A DNA stretch of 64,000 bases from Nitrospirota bacterium (GCA_963710375.1 CAVPZX010000005.1:320001-384000); one strand, 5' to 3'. Positions 10,660 to 21,499 are shown, counted from the first letter of the stretch. Numbers and translations are program-made. Notes: generated by a model from the sequence alone, not told the origin.

Positions 10660-10863
10660 AAATTTTATACAAGGAGCAGTCAGGCCACAGTGCTTCACTC
10701 AACTGCCACCCCAAAGGTCTGCGACCTTTCGGGGACCCTATATTCTCGCAAGGCATCCAGCCTTGCTCCGAGGCTATGACAGCCTGTGTCACCATCCTTG
10801 GTGTCACTTAGGCTGTCAAAGTCCGCTCAGCACCATGTCCAGCCTGCTCCTTGTATAAAATTT
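10660..10863. mobile_element. ~200 bp MITE-like element
   Basis: Perfect 20-bp terminal IR aaattttatacaaggagcag/ctgctccttgtataaaattt, three internal hairpins, no credible ORF. Confidence 0.75.
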
Positions 10864-10891
10864 ATGAATAATATGGGCTGGATACGGCAAT

Positions 10892-12175
10892 ATGAAGATA
10901 ATATCTGCTGACAGATTTGGCAGTAATTTCCCTAAGGTTATTAAGAACACAAGCGCCACCATATTTATAAGGGGCTGTTTTGGGATCGCAAGGATACTCT
11001 TGCTATTGCTTATAGCAAGAAAATTTGGCCCAAATGACTTTGGCGCACTGTCGCTCGCTCTTTCCTTTGTCGAGATTTTCAAGGTTGTAGCTGACTTTGG
11101 CGTCGATACTGTTATCCTCAGGCGATTTGTTCTCAATAAGTTGCTTTCGGAAAGGCTTCTTGGGAATGCGTTGACGCTTAAAATATTAAGCGCTACTGTC
11201 GCTTACATTATTGCAAATGTATTATGCTGGTTGATTTATAAAAATGTCGCGGCCTTTCAACTTCTTTTGATCATCGCTGCATCGCTTTATACCACCCTGT
11301 TCGTTAATGCGTTTGTGAGCTATTTCCAGGCAAACCTCAACGCTGCCAGGATTATTGCGCCTAATGTTATAAGTATGCTGATCTACGTTGGTCTGACTCT
11401 TTTCGGGTTTTATGCTGACTGGTCACTGGTTGTCCTTGTGCTCATTATTCCCTTAAGTGAGCTTATAAATCTCCTTGCTACGTCAAAAGTATACTCATCG
11501 CTGTCTCCCATAAGGCTATGTCTCGATAAGAAGATTATATGGAGTATTGTCCGGGACAGTCTTCCGGTCGGCATAGCGGGTATTATTGTTATCCTTTACT
11601 CCAGGATGGATATTCTTATGATCGGATGGTTTATGGGCCAGCAGAAATTGGGGGAGTATTCGTTTGCATACCGTATGACGGAGCCTTTTTTGCTTATATT
11701 CTCTTCGCTTTCCATATCAGTTTATGCTTTTTTTTCCGGCTTGAGCAAACCTGCTGATTTGTTAAAGGTAAGGCAAAAGATAATACAGGTGATGACACCT
11801 GTTGTGATTGTCAGCGCCGCCTGCGCTCTTTCCCTCTCCTTTTCTGCAAAGTGGGTGACGAAGCTGATCTCCAATCAATATGTAGAATCAGCCGGAGTTT
11901 TGCCTGTATTAGCGTGGGCCATAGTATTTAAGGCTGTAAATGCACAGCTTACTGCCTTTATAAACTCCAAGGGAAAATATAGGTTCATTACAGTTATAGC
12001 GATGAACAATTTAATAATTAACGTTATTCTTAATTTGCTCCTTATTCCAAGATTCGGCCTTGTAGGCGCTGCGCTCGCAGTAGTATTGACCGAGGCAATT
12101 AATACCGTAATTCAGAGCGGATGTATAGCATATCTGTTCTCTTTTTCGTTGAGGGGGGCTAAGGAAAGTGGATAA
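10892..12175 (+). CDS. Polysaccharide flippase (Wzx family)
   Basis: Many TM segments, DFG motif, ..D..M.G..G.Y..AY and L.P.FG..GAA. Confidence 0.88.
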   Translation: MKIISADRFGSNFPKVIKNTSATIFIRGCFGIARILLLLLIARKFGPNDFGALSLALSFVEIFKVVADFGVDTVILRRFVLNKLLSERLLGNALTLKILSATVAYIIANVLCWLIYKNVAAFQLLLIIAASLYTTLFVNAFVSYFQANLNAARIIAPNVISMLIYVGLTLFGFYADWSLVVLVLIIPLSELINLLATSKVYSSLSPIRLCLDKKIIWSIVRDSLPVGIAGIIVILYSRMDILMIGWFMGQQKLGEYSFAYRMTEPFLLIFSSLSISVYAFFSGLSKPADLLKVRQKIIQVMTPVVIVSAACALSLSFSAKWVTKLISNQYVESAGVLPVLAWAIVFKAVNAQLTAFINSKGKYRFITVIAMNNLIINVILNLLLIPRFGLVGAALAVVLTEAINTVIQSGCIAYLFSFSLRGAKESG

Positions 12176-12812
12176 TGGATCGTTTTCGAGTATAAGCCTT
12201 TTTTCTGAATTAACTAGCGAGGAGTTAACTGAAGTTCATCAGAAACAGTATGTTCGTTACTTTAAGGATGCTCCGGGCGCTGTTTTGGAAATAGGCTGTG
12301 GCAGGGGAGTTATGCTCCGCATGTTACAGGAGGCGGGGATACAGGCATATGGAATCGATTCCTCTGAAGAATCCGTTAATTTATGCGAAGGGAAAGGCGT
12401 AAAGGTGTTGCAGGATGATGCTGCTCATCATTTAGCAGATCTCCCCGATGCATCTTTAGGCGGAATTTTCTGCGCCCACATGATAGAGCACATGCAACCT
12501 GAGTATGTCATTAAATTGATTAAGGAGAGCCACAGAGTACTTAGGCCAGGTGCTGTGTTTATTATTATTACTCCGAATGCAAAAGACCTCAGGACAACAG
12601 AACGGTTCTGGATGGACATTTCTCATGTCAGGCTTTATCCTGAAAAGTTATTAACGGCAATCCTGAAAAAGGCAGGTTTCAACGAAATAAAGATAACAGA
12701 GGGAAAAGAGCCGGGCAGGAATTTTTTAGTGACGATCGCAAAAAAAATATTGAAAATATGGTTTATGGGTTTCATGTTCAGAGGAGACCTGGTTGTTACC
12801 GTGAGACGATGA
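12168..12812 (+). CDS. Class I SAM-dependent methyltransferase
   Basis: VLEIGCGRG, H.IEH and LRPG motifs. Confidence 0.85.
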   Translation: MDNGSFSSISLFSELTSEELTEVHQKQYVRYFKDAPGAVLEIGCGRGVMLRMLQEAGIQAYGIDSSEESVNLCEGKGVKVLQDDAAHHLADLPDASLGGIFCAHMIEHMQPEYVIKLIKESHRVLRPGAVFIIITPNAKDLRTTERFWMDISHVRLYPEKLLTAILKKAGFNEIKITEGKEPGRNFLVTIAKKILKIWFMGFMFRGDLVVTVRR

Positions 12813-13937
12813 GAGTATTGATGATCTCAAAGGCGCTGGTTGTCGGCGCATACCATAAAAAGCTTGAGGAGATTGCAAAGCTCGGAGTGGACTTGCACCT
12901 TGTGGTCCCACAATCCTGGGGACATCAAAAATTAGAAATAAGAAAAGGGAACGGGTATACCATATCCCCCCTGAGATTGTTTTTTAACGGCAAAAACCAT
13001 TTCCATTTTTATATTGACCTTGGCAATACCATTAAAAAAATTAAGCCCGACATAGTTCATATAGATGAAGAGCATTATAGTATAGTTACCTTCCAGGCAA
13101 TGAGACTGGCAAAACAGGCAAATGCCTAGAGTGCTTTTTTTCACATGGCAGAACATATATAAAAGATATCCTTTCCCGTTTTCATCTATTCAGAAATACG
13201 TTTTTAAAAATGCGGATAGCGCCATAGCCGGAAATGAGGAGGCTAAAGATACTTTGAAAAGAAAAGGATTCGATAAGAATATAACTGTAATTCCACAATT
13301 TGGCGTGGATCCTGATATTTTCAAAAAAATCACCTTCAGCGATACGAGAAGCGACATAGGGCTGGTGGCGGATAAATTTATAGTGGGGTTTATGGGGAGA
13401 CTGGTTGAGGAGAAGGGGGTCCTAGATCTCATACGGGCAGTTGCACGTGTAAAAGGGAGAGAAAACTTGTTGCTTTTACTCATAGGGAGCGGTCCTTTGG
13501 GAAAAAAGATAATCGATCTTGCCGCACGTGAAGAACTGGGGCAGAACATTAAACTTATTGATCAAGTGCCTTCAATGGATGTCCCTTTATACATGAATTG
13601 TTTTGATTGCCTTGTCTTGCCGTCACGGACCAGGCCGAACTGGAAGGAGCAATTCGGCAGGGTATTAATAGAAGCTATGGCATGTGAGATTCCTGTAATA
13701 GGCTCCAGTTCAGGAGAAATCCCAAACGTTATCGCAGATGCCGGTATGGTATTCCAGGAGGGGGACATAGATGATCTCGCGAAGAGGATCGAATTGCTTT
13801 TAGATGATAAAGAGCTGAGAGCATCTCTGGGTAAAAAAGGGCGTGAAAGGGTTTTGGACTGGTATACTCAGAAGAAGATAGCAGTAGATACATACAGAAT
13901 TTATGAGGATTTGATGTCAAAACAGGCTTCAGTATGA
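12809..13937 (+). pseudogene. GT4 glycosyltransferase interrupted by a +1 frameshift near 13127
   Basis: 12809-13129 gives the N-terminal half (PDIVHIDEE); 13122-13937 continues FFTWQNI...EQFGRVLIEAMA. Removing one base joins them. Confidence 0.85.
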
Positions 13938-14998
13938 GTATCTATGTTAATGCAAGATTCTTAACGCAAAGGATAACGGGAGTTCAGCGATATGCGATTG
14001 AGATATCTAGGCAGTTGAAAATTTTGGGCCCGGATATAAAGTTTGTCGCCCCGGGGAATATTATCCACGAAGATTTGGCAGAGGAGTTAAATTTTGTTGC
14101 ACATGGTAAAATGTCAGGGCATTTGTGGGAGCAATTGGAGCTTCCTCGATTCTTAAAGAAAAGGGGCAATCCTTTGCTGATTAATCTTGGAAACACATCC
14201 CCCTTATATTACAAAAATAAAATTGTCGCAATTTATGATGTGTCTTTTTTGAGAAACCCGAAGTGGTTTTCAAAAAAGTTTTATTACTATTATAAATTTG
14301 TAGTTGCGAGAGCTGCCAGGGAAGCCATAAAAATCATTACTGTTAGTGAGTTCTCAAAAAAGGAGATACGCGAACTGCTCGATATCCCTGAAGATAAGAT
14401 AGAGATTGTTTACGGTGCTGCTCCAGAGGAAACAGGGGCTGAAATCGGCAAAGACATGTCCCGGCGCGGGAGATACATTCTCGCAGTATCATCTCTGGAC
14501 CCGAGGAAGAACCTTAAAAATCTGATAACCGCTTTTATCGGCAGCGGGATAAAAGGTATGAAGCTTGTTATCGTGGGATCCCGTAACACCATTTTCAGAC
14601 ATAAAGAATTCAGGGAAGCGATTGGCTCGAATCCTGACATAATCTTTACCGGATATGTTTCTGATCATGACCTGATGGGCCTTTATAGTGGAGCGGAGCT
14701 TTTTGTTTACCCTTCCATTTATGAGGGCTTTGGGATTCCTCCGTTGGAAGCTATGGCATGCGGGTGTCCTGTTATTGTTTCCAGGGCAGCAAGTCTCCCG
14801 GAGGTTTGCGGGGATGCCGCTTTATATGTGAACCCTCATGATATTGATGACATAAAGAGGGCCATGTCTGAAATTTTGGGCAACGGAGAGCTGCGGCAGG
14901 AGCTGATATTAAAGGGGAGGGAAAGGGTAAAACTCTTCAGCTGGAACGATTCGGCAAAAAGGCTTCTGAAAATAATTCAGGGAGTTGTGAACAATTGA
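13934..14998 (+). CDS. GT4 glycosyltransferase (mannosyltransferase-like)
   Basis: TGVQRY, PRKN and [17 protein letters not shown]. Confidence 0.92.
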   Translation: MSIYVNARFLTQRITGVQRYAIEISRQLKILGPDIKFVAPGNIIHEDLAEELNFVAHGKMSGHLWEQLELPRFLKKRGNPLLINLGNTSPLYYKNKIVAIYDVSFLRNPKWFSKKFYYYYKFVVARAAREAIKIITVSEFSKKEIRELLDIPEDKIEIVYGAAPEETGAEIGKDMSRRGRYILAVSSLDPRKNLKNLITAFIGSGIKGMKLVIVGSRNTIFRHKEFREAIGSNPDIIFTGYVSDHDLMGLYSGAELFVYPSIYEGFGIPPLEAMACGCPVIVSRAASLPEVCGDAALYVNPHDIDDIKRAMSEILGNGELRQELILKGRERVKLFSWNDSAKRLLKIIQGVVNN

Positions 14999-16116
14999 AA
15001 ATAGCTGTAGTCCATGACTGGCTGGTAAATTATGCTGGATCGGAAAGGGCTTTAGAGCAGATAATACAGCTTTATCCATCCGCCGATTTATTCAGCCTGG
15101 TCGATTTTTTACCAGAGGGAGAAAGGACTTTTATTTTAGATAAAACTGTCCGCACATCGTTTATACAGAAAATCCCTTTTGCAAAAAAGAGATACCGGAG
15201 TTATCTGCCTTTGATGCCTTTTGCTGTGGAGCAGTTTGATCTTTCCAAATATGATCTGATTATTTCTTCCTGTCATGCAGTGTCAAAGGGTGTATTGACA
15301 AAGAGCTACCAGCTTCATATTTGCTATTGTTATACGCCGATACGCTACGCGTGGGACCTTTATCATCAATATTTAAAAGAGTCCGGATTGAACGCAGGCG
15401 TTAAAGGTTTTTTTGCTAAACTGTCCCTTCACTATATACGATTGTGGGATTATGCGGCGGCCGCCAGGGTGAATTACTTCGTTGCCATCTCTGATTTTAC
15501 AGCTGAAAGGATCAAAAGGATTTATGGAAGGGATGCCGCTGTTATTTATCCTCCGGTCGATATTGATGCTTTTCACATCTCCCCGCTAAAAAAGGAGGAC
15601 TTTTATTTTACTGCCTCAAGGATGGTCCCGTACAAAAAGATCGATCTTATTGTAGAGGCATTTTCAAAAATGCCGGGGAAAAAACTTATTGTCGCAGGCG
15701 ATGGCCCTGATTTCAGAAAGATAAAATCGAAGGCGGCCAGAAATGTGGAATTTTTGGGTTATCAAACTGCTGATATGCTCCGTAGTTACATGCAACGTGC
15801 CAAAGCCTTTGTTTTCGCGGCTGAAGAGGATTTCGGCATCATCCCTGTTGAAGCTCAGGCCTGCGGGACCCCTGTTATAGCATACGGTAGGGGAGGGGCG
15901 CGTGAAACCGTTATCGAGAACAAAACAGGAGTTTTCTTTGGGGAGCAGAATGTTGAAAGCTTAATCAGCGCAGTAAATAACTTTGAGAAAAATCAGGATT
16001 CCTTTAGCATGGCTGAGGCAAGGAAGAATGCCGAGAGATTCGGCAGAGAAAGGTTTAAAACAGAATTCAAGGCGTTTGTAGAAGAAAAAGTGATAGAATA
16101 CAGGTCAGGGGCGTAA
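14995..16116 (+). CDS. GT4 glycosyltransferase (WbaZ-like)
   Basis: HDWL...GSER, TPIRYAWD and EEDFGIIPVEAQACG. Confidence 0.92.
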   Translation: MKIAVVHDWLVNYAGSERALEQIIQLYPSADLFSLVDFLPEGERTFILDKTVRTSFIQKIPFAKKRYRSYLPLMPFAVEQFDLSKYDLIISSCHAVSKGVLTKSYQLHICYCYTPIRYAWDLYHQYLKESGLNAGVKGFFAKLSLHYIRLWDYAAAARVNYFVAISDFTAERIKRIYGRDAAVIYPPVDIDAFHISPLKKEDFYFTASRMVPYKKIDLIVEAFSKMPGKKLIVAGDGPDFRKIKSKAARNVEFLGYQTADMLRSYMQRAKAFVFAAEEDFGIIPVEAQACGTPVIAYGRGGARETVIENKTGVFFGEQNVESLISAVNNFEKNQDSFSMAEARKNAERFGRERFKTEFKAFVEEKVIEYRSGA

Positions 16117-16119
16117 GAT

Positions 16120-17004
16120 ATGAAAGGTATCATTCTGGCAGGCGGAAGCGGCACGAGACTTTACCCGGTGACTTTGTCGGTGTGCAAGCAGCTTCTGCCT
16201 GTTTACGACAAGCCTCTGATTTACTATCCGCTTTCGGTGCTTATGCTTGCAGGCATAAGGGAAATACTGATCATCTCAACACCCCAGGATCTGCCGAGAT
16301 TCAGGGAAATATTTAATACCGGCTCACAATTGGGATTGAGTTTTTCATATAAGGAGCAGTCCCGGCCGAATGGCATTGCCGAGGCTTTTTTGCTGGGAGA
16401 AGAGTTTATCGGCAGCGATGACGTATGCCTTATATTGGGAGATAATATCTTTCATGGCCACGGTTTTACCGATTTGCTGAATAAGGCAGTGAGTGATATA
16501 ACGGCCCGGAGGGGTGCGACCGTATTTGGTTATTATGTCAACGATCCCGAGCGGTACGGAGTAATCGAATGTGACAAAAAAAACAAGGTCCTTTCAATTG
16601 AAGAAAAGCCCAAAATGCCCAAATCTAATTATGCTGTAACAGGGCTCTATTTTTATGATAACAATGTTACTGAGATTTCGAGGAAGATTAAGCCTTCCCG
16701 GCGGGGAGAACTGGAGATAACAGATGTTAACAAGGAGTATCTGAAAGAAGGAAACCTGAGGGTCGAGTTCCTCGGAAGGGGTTACGCTTGGCTTGATACA
16801 GGCACCCACGAAAGCCTTCTTGAAGCAGGCGAATTTATCTCCACCATAGAAAAACGTCAGGGATTGAAGATAGCCTGTATAGAGGAAATTGCTTACCAGT
16901 TGGGCTATATAGATGGCGATCAGCTTTTAAAGCTCGCTAAACCTCTTAAAAAGAACGGATACGGGCAGTATCTTTTAAAAATATTGAAAGAAGAGAGGCT
17001 ATAG
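16120..17004 (+). CDS. rfbA: Glucose-1-phosphate thymidylyltransferase
   Basis: [27 protein letters not shown] and WLDTGT. Confidence 0.97.
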   Translation: MKGIILAGGSGTRLYPVTLSVCKQLLPVYDKPLIYYPLSVLMLAGIREILIISTPQDLPRFREIFNTGSQLGLSFSYKEQSRPNGIAEAFLLGEEFIGSDDVCLILGDNIFHGHGFTDLLNKAVSDITARRGATVFGYYVNDPERYGVIECDKKNKVLSIEEKPKMPKSNYAVTGLYFYDNNVTEISRKIKPSRRGELEITDVNKEYLKEGNLRVEFLGRGYAWLDTGTHESLLEAGEFISTIEKRQGLKIACIEEIAYQLGYIDGDQLLKLAKPLKKNGYGQYLLKILKEERL

Positions 17005-17079
17005 GCAATGGGCTATAGGCAATGGGCAAAAACTAAAAAAACTTCGTCCCTATTGCCTATAGCCTATTGCCCATAGCCT
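16996..17079. repeat. 7-bp periodic hairpin (AGGCWAT units), empty
   Basis: aggctat aggcaat gggctat aggcaat gggc ... cctattg cctatag cctattg cccatag cct. Confidence 0.93.
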
Positions 17080-17088
17080 GTATTTATC

Positions 17089-17631
17089 ATGCCATTCACT
17101 TTCAAAACACTTTCTCTGCCAGGAGTTGTTCTTATTACTTCTCAAGCTTTTGCTGATGCGCGGGGGGTTTTTGGCGAGATATATAAGCATTCTGAATTTT
17201 CCAGTGCAGGCGTGCGGGAATTTTTTGTGCAGGACAACTATTCCAAGTCTTCGCAACACGTGTTAAGAGGACTGCATTACCAAAAGGAACCTATGGCACA
17301 GGGGAAACTGGTGCGGTGTATAAAAGGCATGGTTTTTGATGTGGCAGTCGATATACGAAAAGGATCGCATACATATGGGAAATGGGTCGGCGTTGAGTTG
17401 TCCGAAGAAAATAATCAGATGCTCTATATACCCCCCGCCTTTGCTCATGGTTTTATAGTGCTGAGCGAAGTTGCGGAAATCATCTATAAATGTACAGAGG
17501 AATACTCGCCTGAACACGAGAGGGGGATAATATGGAATGATCCTGTTATAGATATTGACTGGCCGGTAAGAGACCCGGTGCTCTCCGAGAAAGACAAAGC
17601 GCTGCCTTTGCTGAAAGATGCGGATATATGA
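17089..17631 (+). CDS. rfbC: dTDP-4-dehydrorhamnose 3,5-epimerase
   Basis: D.RG.F.E, QDN.S.S, LRGLHYQ and FAHGF. Confidence 0.96.
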   Translation: MPFTFKTLSLPGVVLITSQAFADARGVFGEIYKHSEFSSAGVREFFVQDNYSKSSQHVLRGLHYQKEPMAQGKLVRCIKGMVFDVAVDIRKGSHTYGKWVGVELSEENNQMLYIPPAFAHGFIVLSEVAEIIYKCTEEYSPEHERGIIWNDPVIDIDWPVRDPVLSEKDKALPLLKDADI

Positions 17632-18479
17632 ATGTATTGATTACAGGTGCGAATGGACAGCTTGCTGTTGAGTTCCGGCGATATTTCGAACGCACCGGAA
17701 CGCACCGGTTAACTGCATTAAGCAAAAAAGAACTCGATATTTCCAATTTCGAATCGGTTTCCGAGGCCTTATCAGTTAATGACCCTTCAGTCGTCATAAA
17801 TTGTGCAGCTTACAACCTTGTGGACAGAGCCGAGGACGACAGGGATGCAGCTTTTCGCGTGAATGCCGCAGGGGTGAAAAATCTTGCAGCTTTGTGCAGG
17901 AAGAACAAGGCACTATTAATCCACTATAGCACCGATTATGTTTTTGACGGATCAAAAGAAAATTATTATACCGAGGCAGACAGCACCTATCCATTGAATG
18001 TGTATGGAGAAAGCAAGTTGTCAGGAGAGCGGCTGCTGGCAGAAGAAAATGATGATTTTCTGCTATTCCGGGTAAGTTGGGTATTCGGTCAGGGGATTTC
18101 GAACTTTCTTTATAAACTGTCTGAATGGGCAAAAGACAGAGATGTTCTGAAAATAGTATGCAATCAGGTCTCTGTCCCGACCTATACAAATGATATTGTA
18201 AAGTATACAATGACTGCTTATGATAAGGGTTTGAGAGGTATTTACCATTTAACAAACGGCGGTTATGCCTCCCGGTATGAGCTTGCACGTTATTTCATCG
18301 AAAGGCTTGGACTCAAGAGGACAGTATTGCCCACTGACTCGCATTTTTTTAACGAGCGTGCCAGACGGCCGTATTTCTCCGCGATGTCGAATCGAAAACT
18401 GTCAAGAGACCTGGGCATGGAGATACCTGAGTGGACTGATGCCGTCGATAGATTTATAGAAAGGCAGAATAAAACATAA
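17628..18479 (+). CDS. rfbD: dTDP-4-dehydrorhamnose reductase
   Basis: GANGQL, STDYVFDG and YGESK. Confidence 0.96.
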   Translation: MNVLITGANGQLAVEFRRYFERTGTHRLTALSKKELDISNFESVSEALSVNDPSVVINCAAYNLVDRAEDDRDAAFRVNAAGVKNLAALCRKNKALLIHYSTDYVFDGSKENYYTEADSTYPLNVYGESKLSGERLLAEENDDFLLFRVSWVFGQGISNFLYKLSEWAKDRDVLKIVCNQVSVPTYTNDIVKYTMTAYDKGLRGIYHLTNGGYASRYELARYFIERLGLKRTVLPTDSHFFNERARRPYFSAMSNRKLSRDLGMEIPEWTDAVDRFIERQNKT

Positions 18480-18482
18480 GCA

Positions 18483-18558
18483 GAAGTTGAGAAGTTGAGA
18501 AGTTGAGAAGTTGTGCTATTTTTTTCGCACCTTCTCAATTTCGCAGCTTCTCACCTTC
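18483..18558. repeat. 8-bp periodic hairpin (GAAGTTGA units)
   Basis: gaagttga x3 gaagttgt ... caccttct caatttcg cagcttct caccttcg. Confidence 0.88.
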
Positions 18559-18578
18559 GTGCTCTCAGGGGGTAGTTC

Positions 18579-19547
18579 ATGAAGAGGCTTTTGGTTACTG
18601 GAGGAGCGGGGTTTATCGGGAGTGAATTTGTAAGGCAGGCAGTAGGGAGGGGATATGCTGTCAGTGTTGTTGATGCCCTCAGCTATGCCGGTGATATGTC
18701 ACGAATAGAAAAAGTTGAAAAGAAGCTCACTTTTTACAAGGCAGACATAGGGAATCTGGACTTTATGCGGTATATTTTTGAGACCGAAAGACCTGATGCC
18801 GTTATCCACTGGGCAGCGGAAAGTCATGTGGACAGGAGCATCCAGGATGCAACGCCATTCCTGGGAACGAATATAAAGGGTACCCATAGTTTGCTCGAGG
18901 CGTCACGGTATTGCAATGTTAAACGTTTCATAAATATATCGACGGATGAGGTGTACGGAGAGCTTGCAGCAGAGGGCCATTTTTATGAAACATCTCCGCT
19001 GAACCCAAACTCGCCTTATTCCGTGAGCAAGGCTTCCGCCGATATGCTGGGAAGGGCATATTTCAGAACATATGGCTTACCGGTAATAACGGTCAGGCCT
19101 TCAAATAATTACGGCCCGTGGCAATATCCTGAAAAACTTATTCCTGTGGTCATACTGAAAGCGATGCGCAATGAGAAAATCCCTGTTTATGGTAAGGGAG
19201 AGAATATAAGGGAATGGCTGTTTGTTTCTGACTGCGCCGGTGCAGTCTTTTCTGTTTTGGAGCATGGTAAGCCAGGTGATATTTATAATGTTGGAAGCGG
19301 TGAGGAAAAGAGGAATATAGATGTAGTCAGGGAAATCCTGCATTTGATGGGGAGACCGGAAAAGATGATTGAATTTGTAGAAGACAGGCCGGGCCATGAC
19401 TACCGCTATTCTCTGGATTCGACAAAGATCTGGAAGCAGCCTGGATTGAAGAAGCTGGTCTCTTTTGAAAAGGGACTCAAGGCAACAGTGAAGTGGTATA
19501 AAGACAACATTTCCTGGGTGGAACAAAAATCAGGCAATAGGCAATAG
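18579..19547 (+). CDS. rfbB: dTDP-glucose 4,6-dehydratase
   Basis: AAESHVDRSI, STDEVYG, YSVSK and DRPGHD.RY. Confidence 0.96.
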   Translation: MKRLLVTGGAGFIGSEFVRQAVGRGYAVSVVDALSYAGDMSRIEKVEKKLTFYKADIGNLDFMRYIFETERPDAVIHWAAESHVDRSIQDATPFLGTNIKGTHSLLEASRYCNVKRFINISTDEVYGELAAEGHFYETSPLNPNSPYSVSKASADMLGRAYFRTYGLPVITVRPSNNYGPWQYPEKLIPVVILKAMRNEKIPVYGKGENIREWLFVSDCAGAVFSVLEHGKPGDIYNVGSGEEKRNIDVVREILHLMGRPEKMIEFVEDRPGHDYRYSLDSTKIWKQPGLKKLVSFEKGLKATVKWYKDNISWVEQKSGNRQ

Positions 19548-19608
19548 GCTCTAGGCTATGGGTAAAAGAAAGAGAATTTTTTGTTTTTTCCTATTTCCTA
19601 TTGCCTAT
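19532..19608. repeat. 7-bp periodic hairpin (AGGCWAT units), empty
   Basis: aggcaat aggcaat aggctct aggctat ggg ... cctattt cctattg cctat. Confidence 0.88.
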
Positions 19609-19618
19609 CTTGTGACAT

Positions 19619-21073
19619 ATGCGGTTAGGCAATAGAAATAAGAAATTAGCATGCGTTGTTGCACTTATCACCATTGATATTCTGGCATTCTATGGGGCGC
19701 TTTCTTCAGCTTTTTTTACCAGGAAACTGCTTAATATATTTTTTGCCGGATTAATAACTTTTAAGTTCTCATTGGGTTACTATTTCCGGTTCTGGTGGAT
19801 GCCGCTGATATTTATTGTTGCTATTGCATATGAAAAACTGTATATAAAAAGGCTCTCCCTCTGGGATGAAACGAGAGCAATGATAAAGGCAGTTACCGCC
19901 TCGGTAATTGTAATTTTTGCGATTGTATCTCTGGGAAAGTTGAGCGATCTCATTTCCCGTCTCGTCATAGTTTTTTTATTGCTTTATGGCCTGGTCATGT
20001 TCCCTACTTTCAGATTATTGGGTAAGAAAATCCTGTCAGCGATCGGTCTCTGGCGGGAATACGTCATAATCATAGGTGCGGGCAAAGCAGGTATCGAAAC
20101 TGCACAGGGAATAGTGCGGGAAGCCCATCTAGGCTATAAGATTATCGGATTCCTGGATGATGCTGATGAAAAAAAGGACATGGAGATACGCATTGATAAT
20201 ACGACATATAAAGTTTTTGGGAAGGCCAGGCATTTCAGGAAATTTGTGAATTTATTGCATATATCGACCGTTATTATTGCAATCCCTTCGCTTTCTCTTC
20301 AGAAGATGTCTGAGCTTACCAGTGCTGTCCAGAGATACACAAAAAGCGTTCTTCTTGTCCCCAACCTTAAAGGCATAGCTCTGCTTAATACCGAGTTATA
20401 TCATCTTTTCATGCAACAGCTCTTTCTGTTGAAGACAAACAACAACTTAAAATCATTATTTAACAGGTTTGTAAAGAGGAGTTTTGATCTTGCAGTGGCA
20501 GTGCTTTTTTCCCCAATCCTTTTTCTGCTGGTGGGGGTTATCGGAATCCTGGTTAAAATTGACTCTCGAGGCCCTGTATTCTATTCGCATCTCCGTCTCG
20601 GTCAGAAGGGTAAGCTCATAAGGGTTTATAAAATAAGGACTATGTACCTGGACGCCACGGAAAAGCTGAAGGAATTTCTGGAAAAGGACCAATCAGCAAA
20701 AGAAGAGTGGGGGACTTTTTTTAAATTGAAGAATGATCCGAGGGTGACCAGGATTGGAAAATGGTTGAGGGAGACCTCTCTCGACGAACTGCCCCAGTTC
20801 ATGAATATAATTAAGGGTGACATGAGCCTGGTAGGCCCGCGGCCTGTACTACAGGAAGAAATAGATTATTACTATAAGGAGTATGCCGACTATTATTTTA
20901 TGGTCAAGCCCGGGATGACCGGTCTATGGCAGACAAGCGGAAGGAATATCATAAACTATGATTATAGAGTCAAGCTCGATACGTGGTATGTATTGAACTG
21001 GTCATTATGGTTTGATATCGTCATATTAGTTAAAACAATCAGGGTTGTACTCAACAAAGAAGGTGCTTATTAA
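19619..21073 (+). CDS. wbaP: Undecaprenyl-phosphate sugar phosphotransferase (WbaP-like)
   Basis: N-terminal TMs; KR.FD, DPRVT, SLDELPQ, MSLVGPRP and KPG.TGLWQ. Confidence 0.88.
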   Translation: MRLGNRNKKLACVVALITIDILAFYGALSSAFFTRKLLNIFFAGLITFKFSLGYYFRFWWMPLIFIVAIAYEKLYIKRLSLWDETRAMIKAVTASVIVIFAIVSLGKLSDLISRLVIVFLLLYGLVMFPTFRLLGKKILSAIGLWREYVIIIGAGKAGIETAQGIVREAHLGYKIIGFLDDADEKKDMEIRIDNTTYKVFGKARHFRKFVNLLHISTVIIAIPSLSLQKMSELTSAVQRYTKSVLLVPNLKGIALLNTELYHLFMQQLFLLKTNNNLKSLFNRFVKRSFDLAVAVLFSPILFLLVGVIGILVKIDSRGPVFYSHLRLGQKGKLIRVYKIRTMYLDATEKLKEFLEKDQSAKEEWGTFFKLKNDPRVTRIGKWLRETSLDELPQFMNIIKGDMSLVGPRPVLQEEIDYYYKEYADYYFMVKPGMTGLWQTSGRNIINYDYRVKLDTWYVLNWSLWFDIVILVKTIRVVLNKEGAY

Positions 21074-21265
21074 TATCTCCAATTCAAACAGCAGATGACT
21101 CTCTTTCGCTACGCTCCGTTTTGACAGTTCTATGACTCGTCTCGCTACAGTCGCAAAATTCCCTTCGGTCAGTTTCGCTCCTGTTTTACGCTCACTCGCC
21201 AAGAACTGTTTCCAAAACTCCGCTAATGCTTTAGAGATTCATCTACTGTCTGAATTGCAGATATT
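21072..21265. mobile_element. ~190 bp MITE-like element (CAATTCA-ACAG ends), copy A
   Basis: Imperfect terminal IR aatatctccaattcaaacagcagatga/tcatctactgtctgaattgcagatatt; internal stems. Confidence 0.65.
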
Positions 21266-21280
21266 TTCTGTGCAGCATAA

Positions 21281-21310
21281 TTGACAGAAATGTTAAAATT
21301 ATGATAGATT
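21281..21310 (+). promoter_or_regulatory. Putative sigma70 promoter of the tRNA pair
   Basis: TTGACA-18 bp-TAGATT with TG extension, 30 bp before tRNA-Gly. Confidence 0.55.
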
Positions 21311-21339
21311 TTTGGATACATTTTTTCTATCAATGAATT

Positions 21340-21415
21340 GCGGGTGTAGCTCAGCTGGTAGAGCACAACCTTGCCAAGGTTGGGGTCGCGGGTCCGAATC
21401 CCGTCGCCCGCTCCA
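21340..21415 (+). tRNA. tRNA-Gly(GCC)
   Basis: 76-nt cloverleaf; anticodon arm caacc tt GCC aa ggttg; CCA encoded. Confidence 0.97.
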
Positions 21416-21421
21416 AAAAAA

Positions 21422-21499
21422 ACAGGTTAAGGCTGAGGTTAAGGTTAAGCCAAAGCCAAAGAAAATATTCCTTTAAGACGTTTCTTAACCTTAACCTGT
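21422..21499. repeat. 6-bp periodic hairpin (AGGTTR units) between tRNAs
   Basis: acaggttaaggctgaggttaaggttaag ... cttaaccttaacctgt. Confidence 0.88.
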
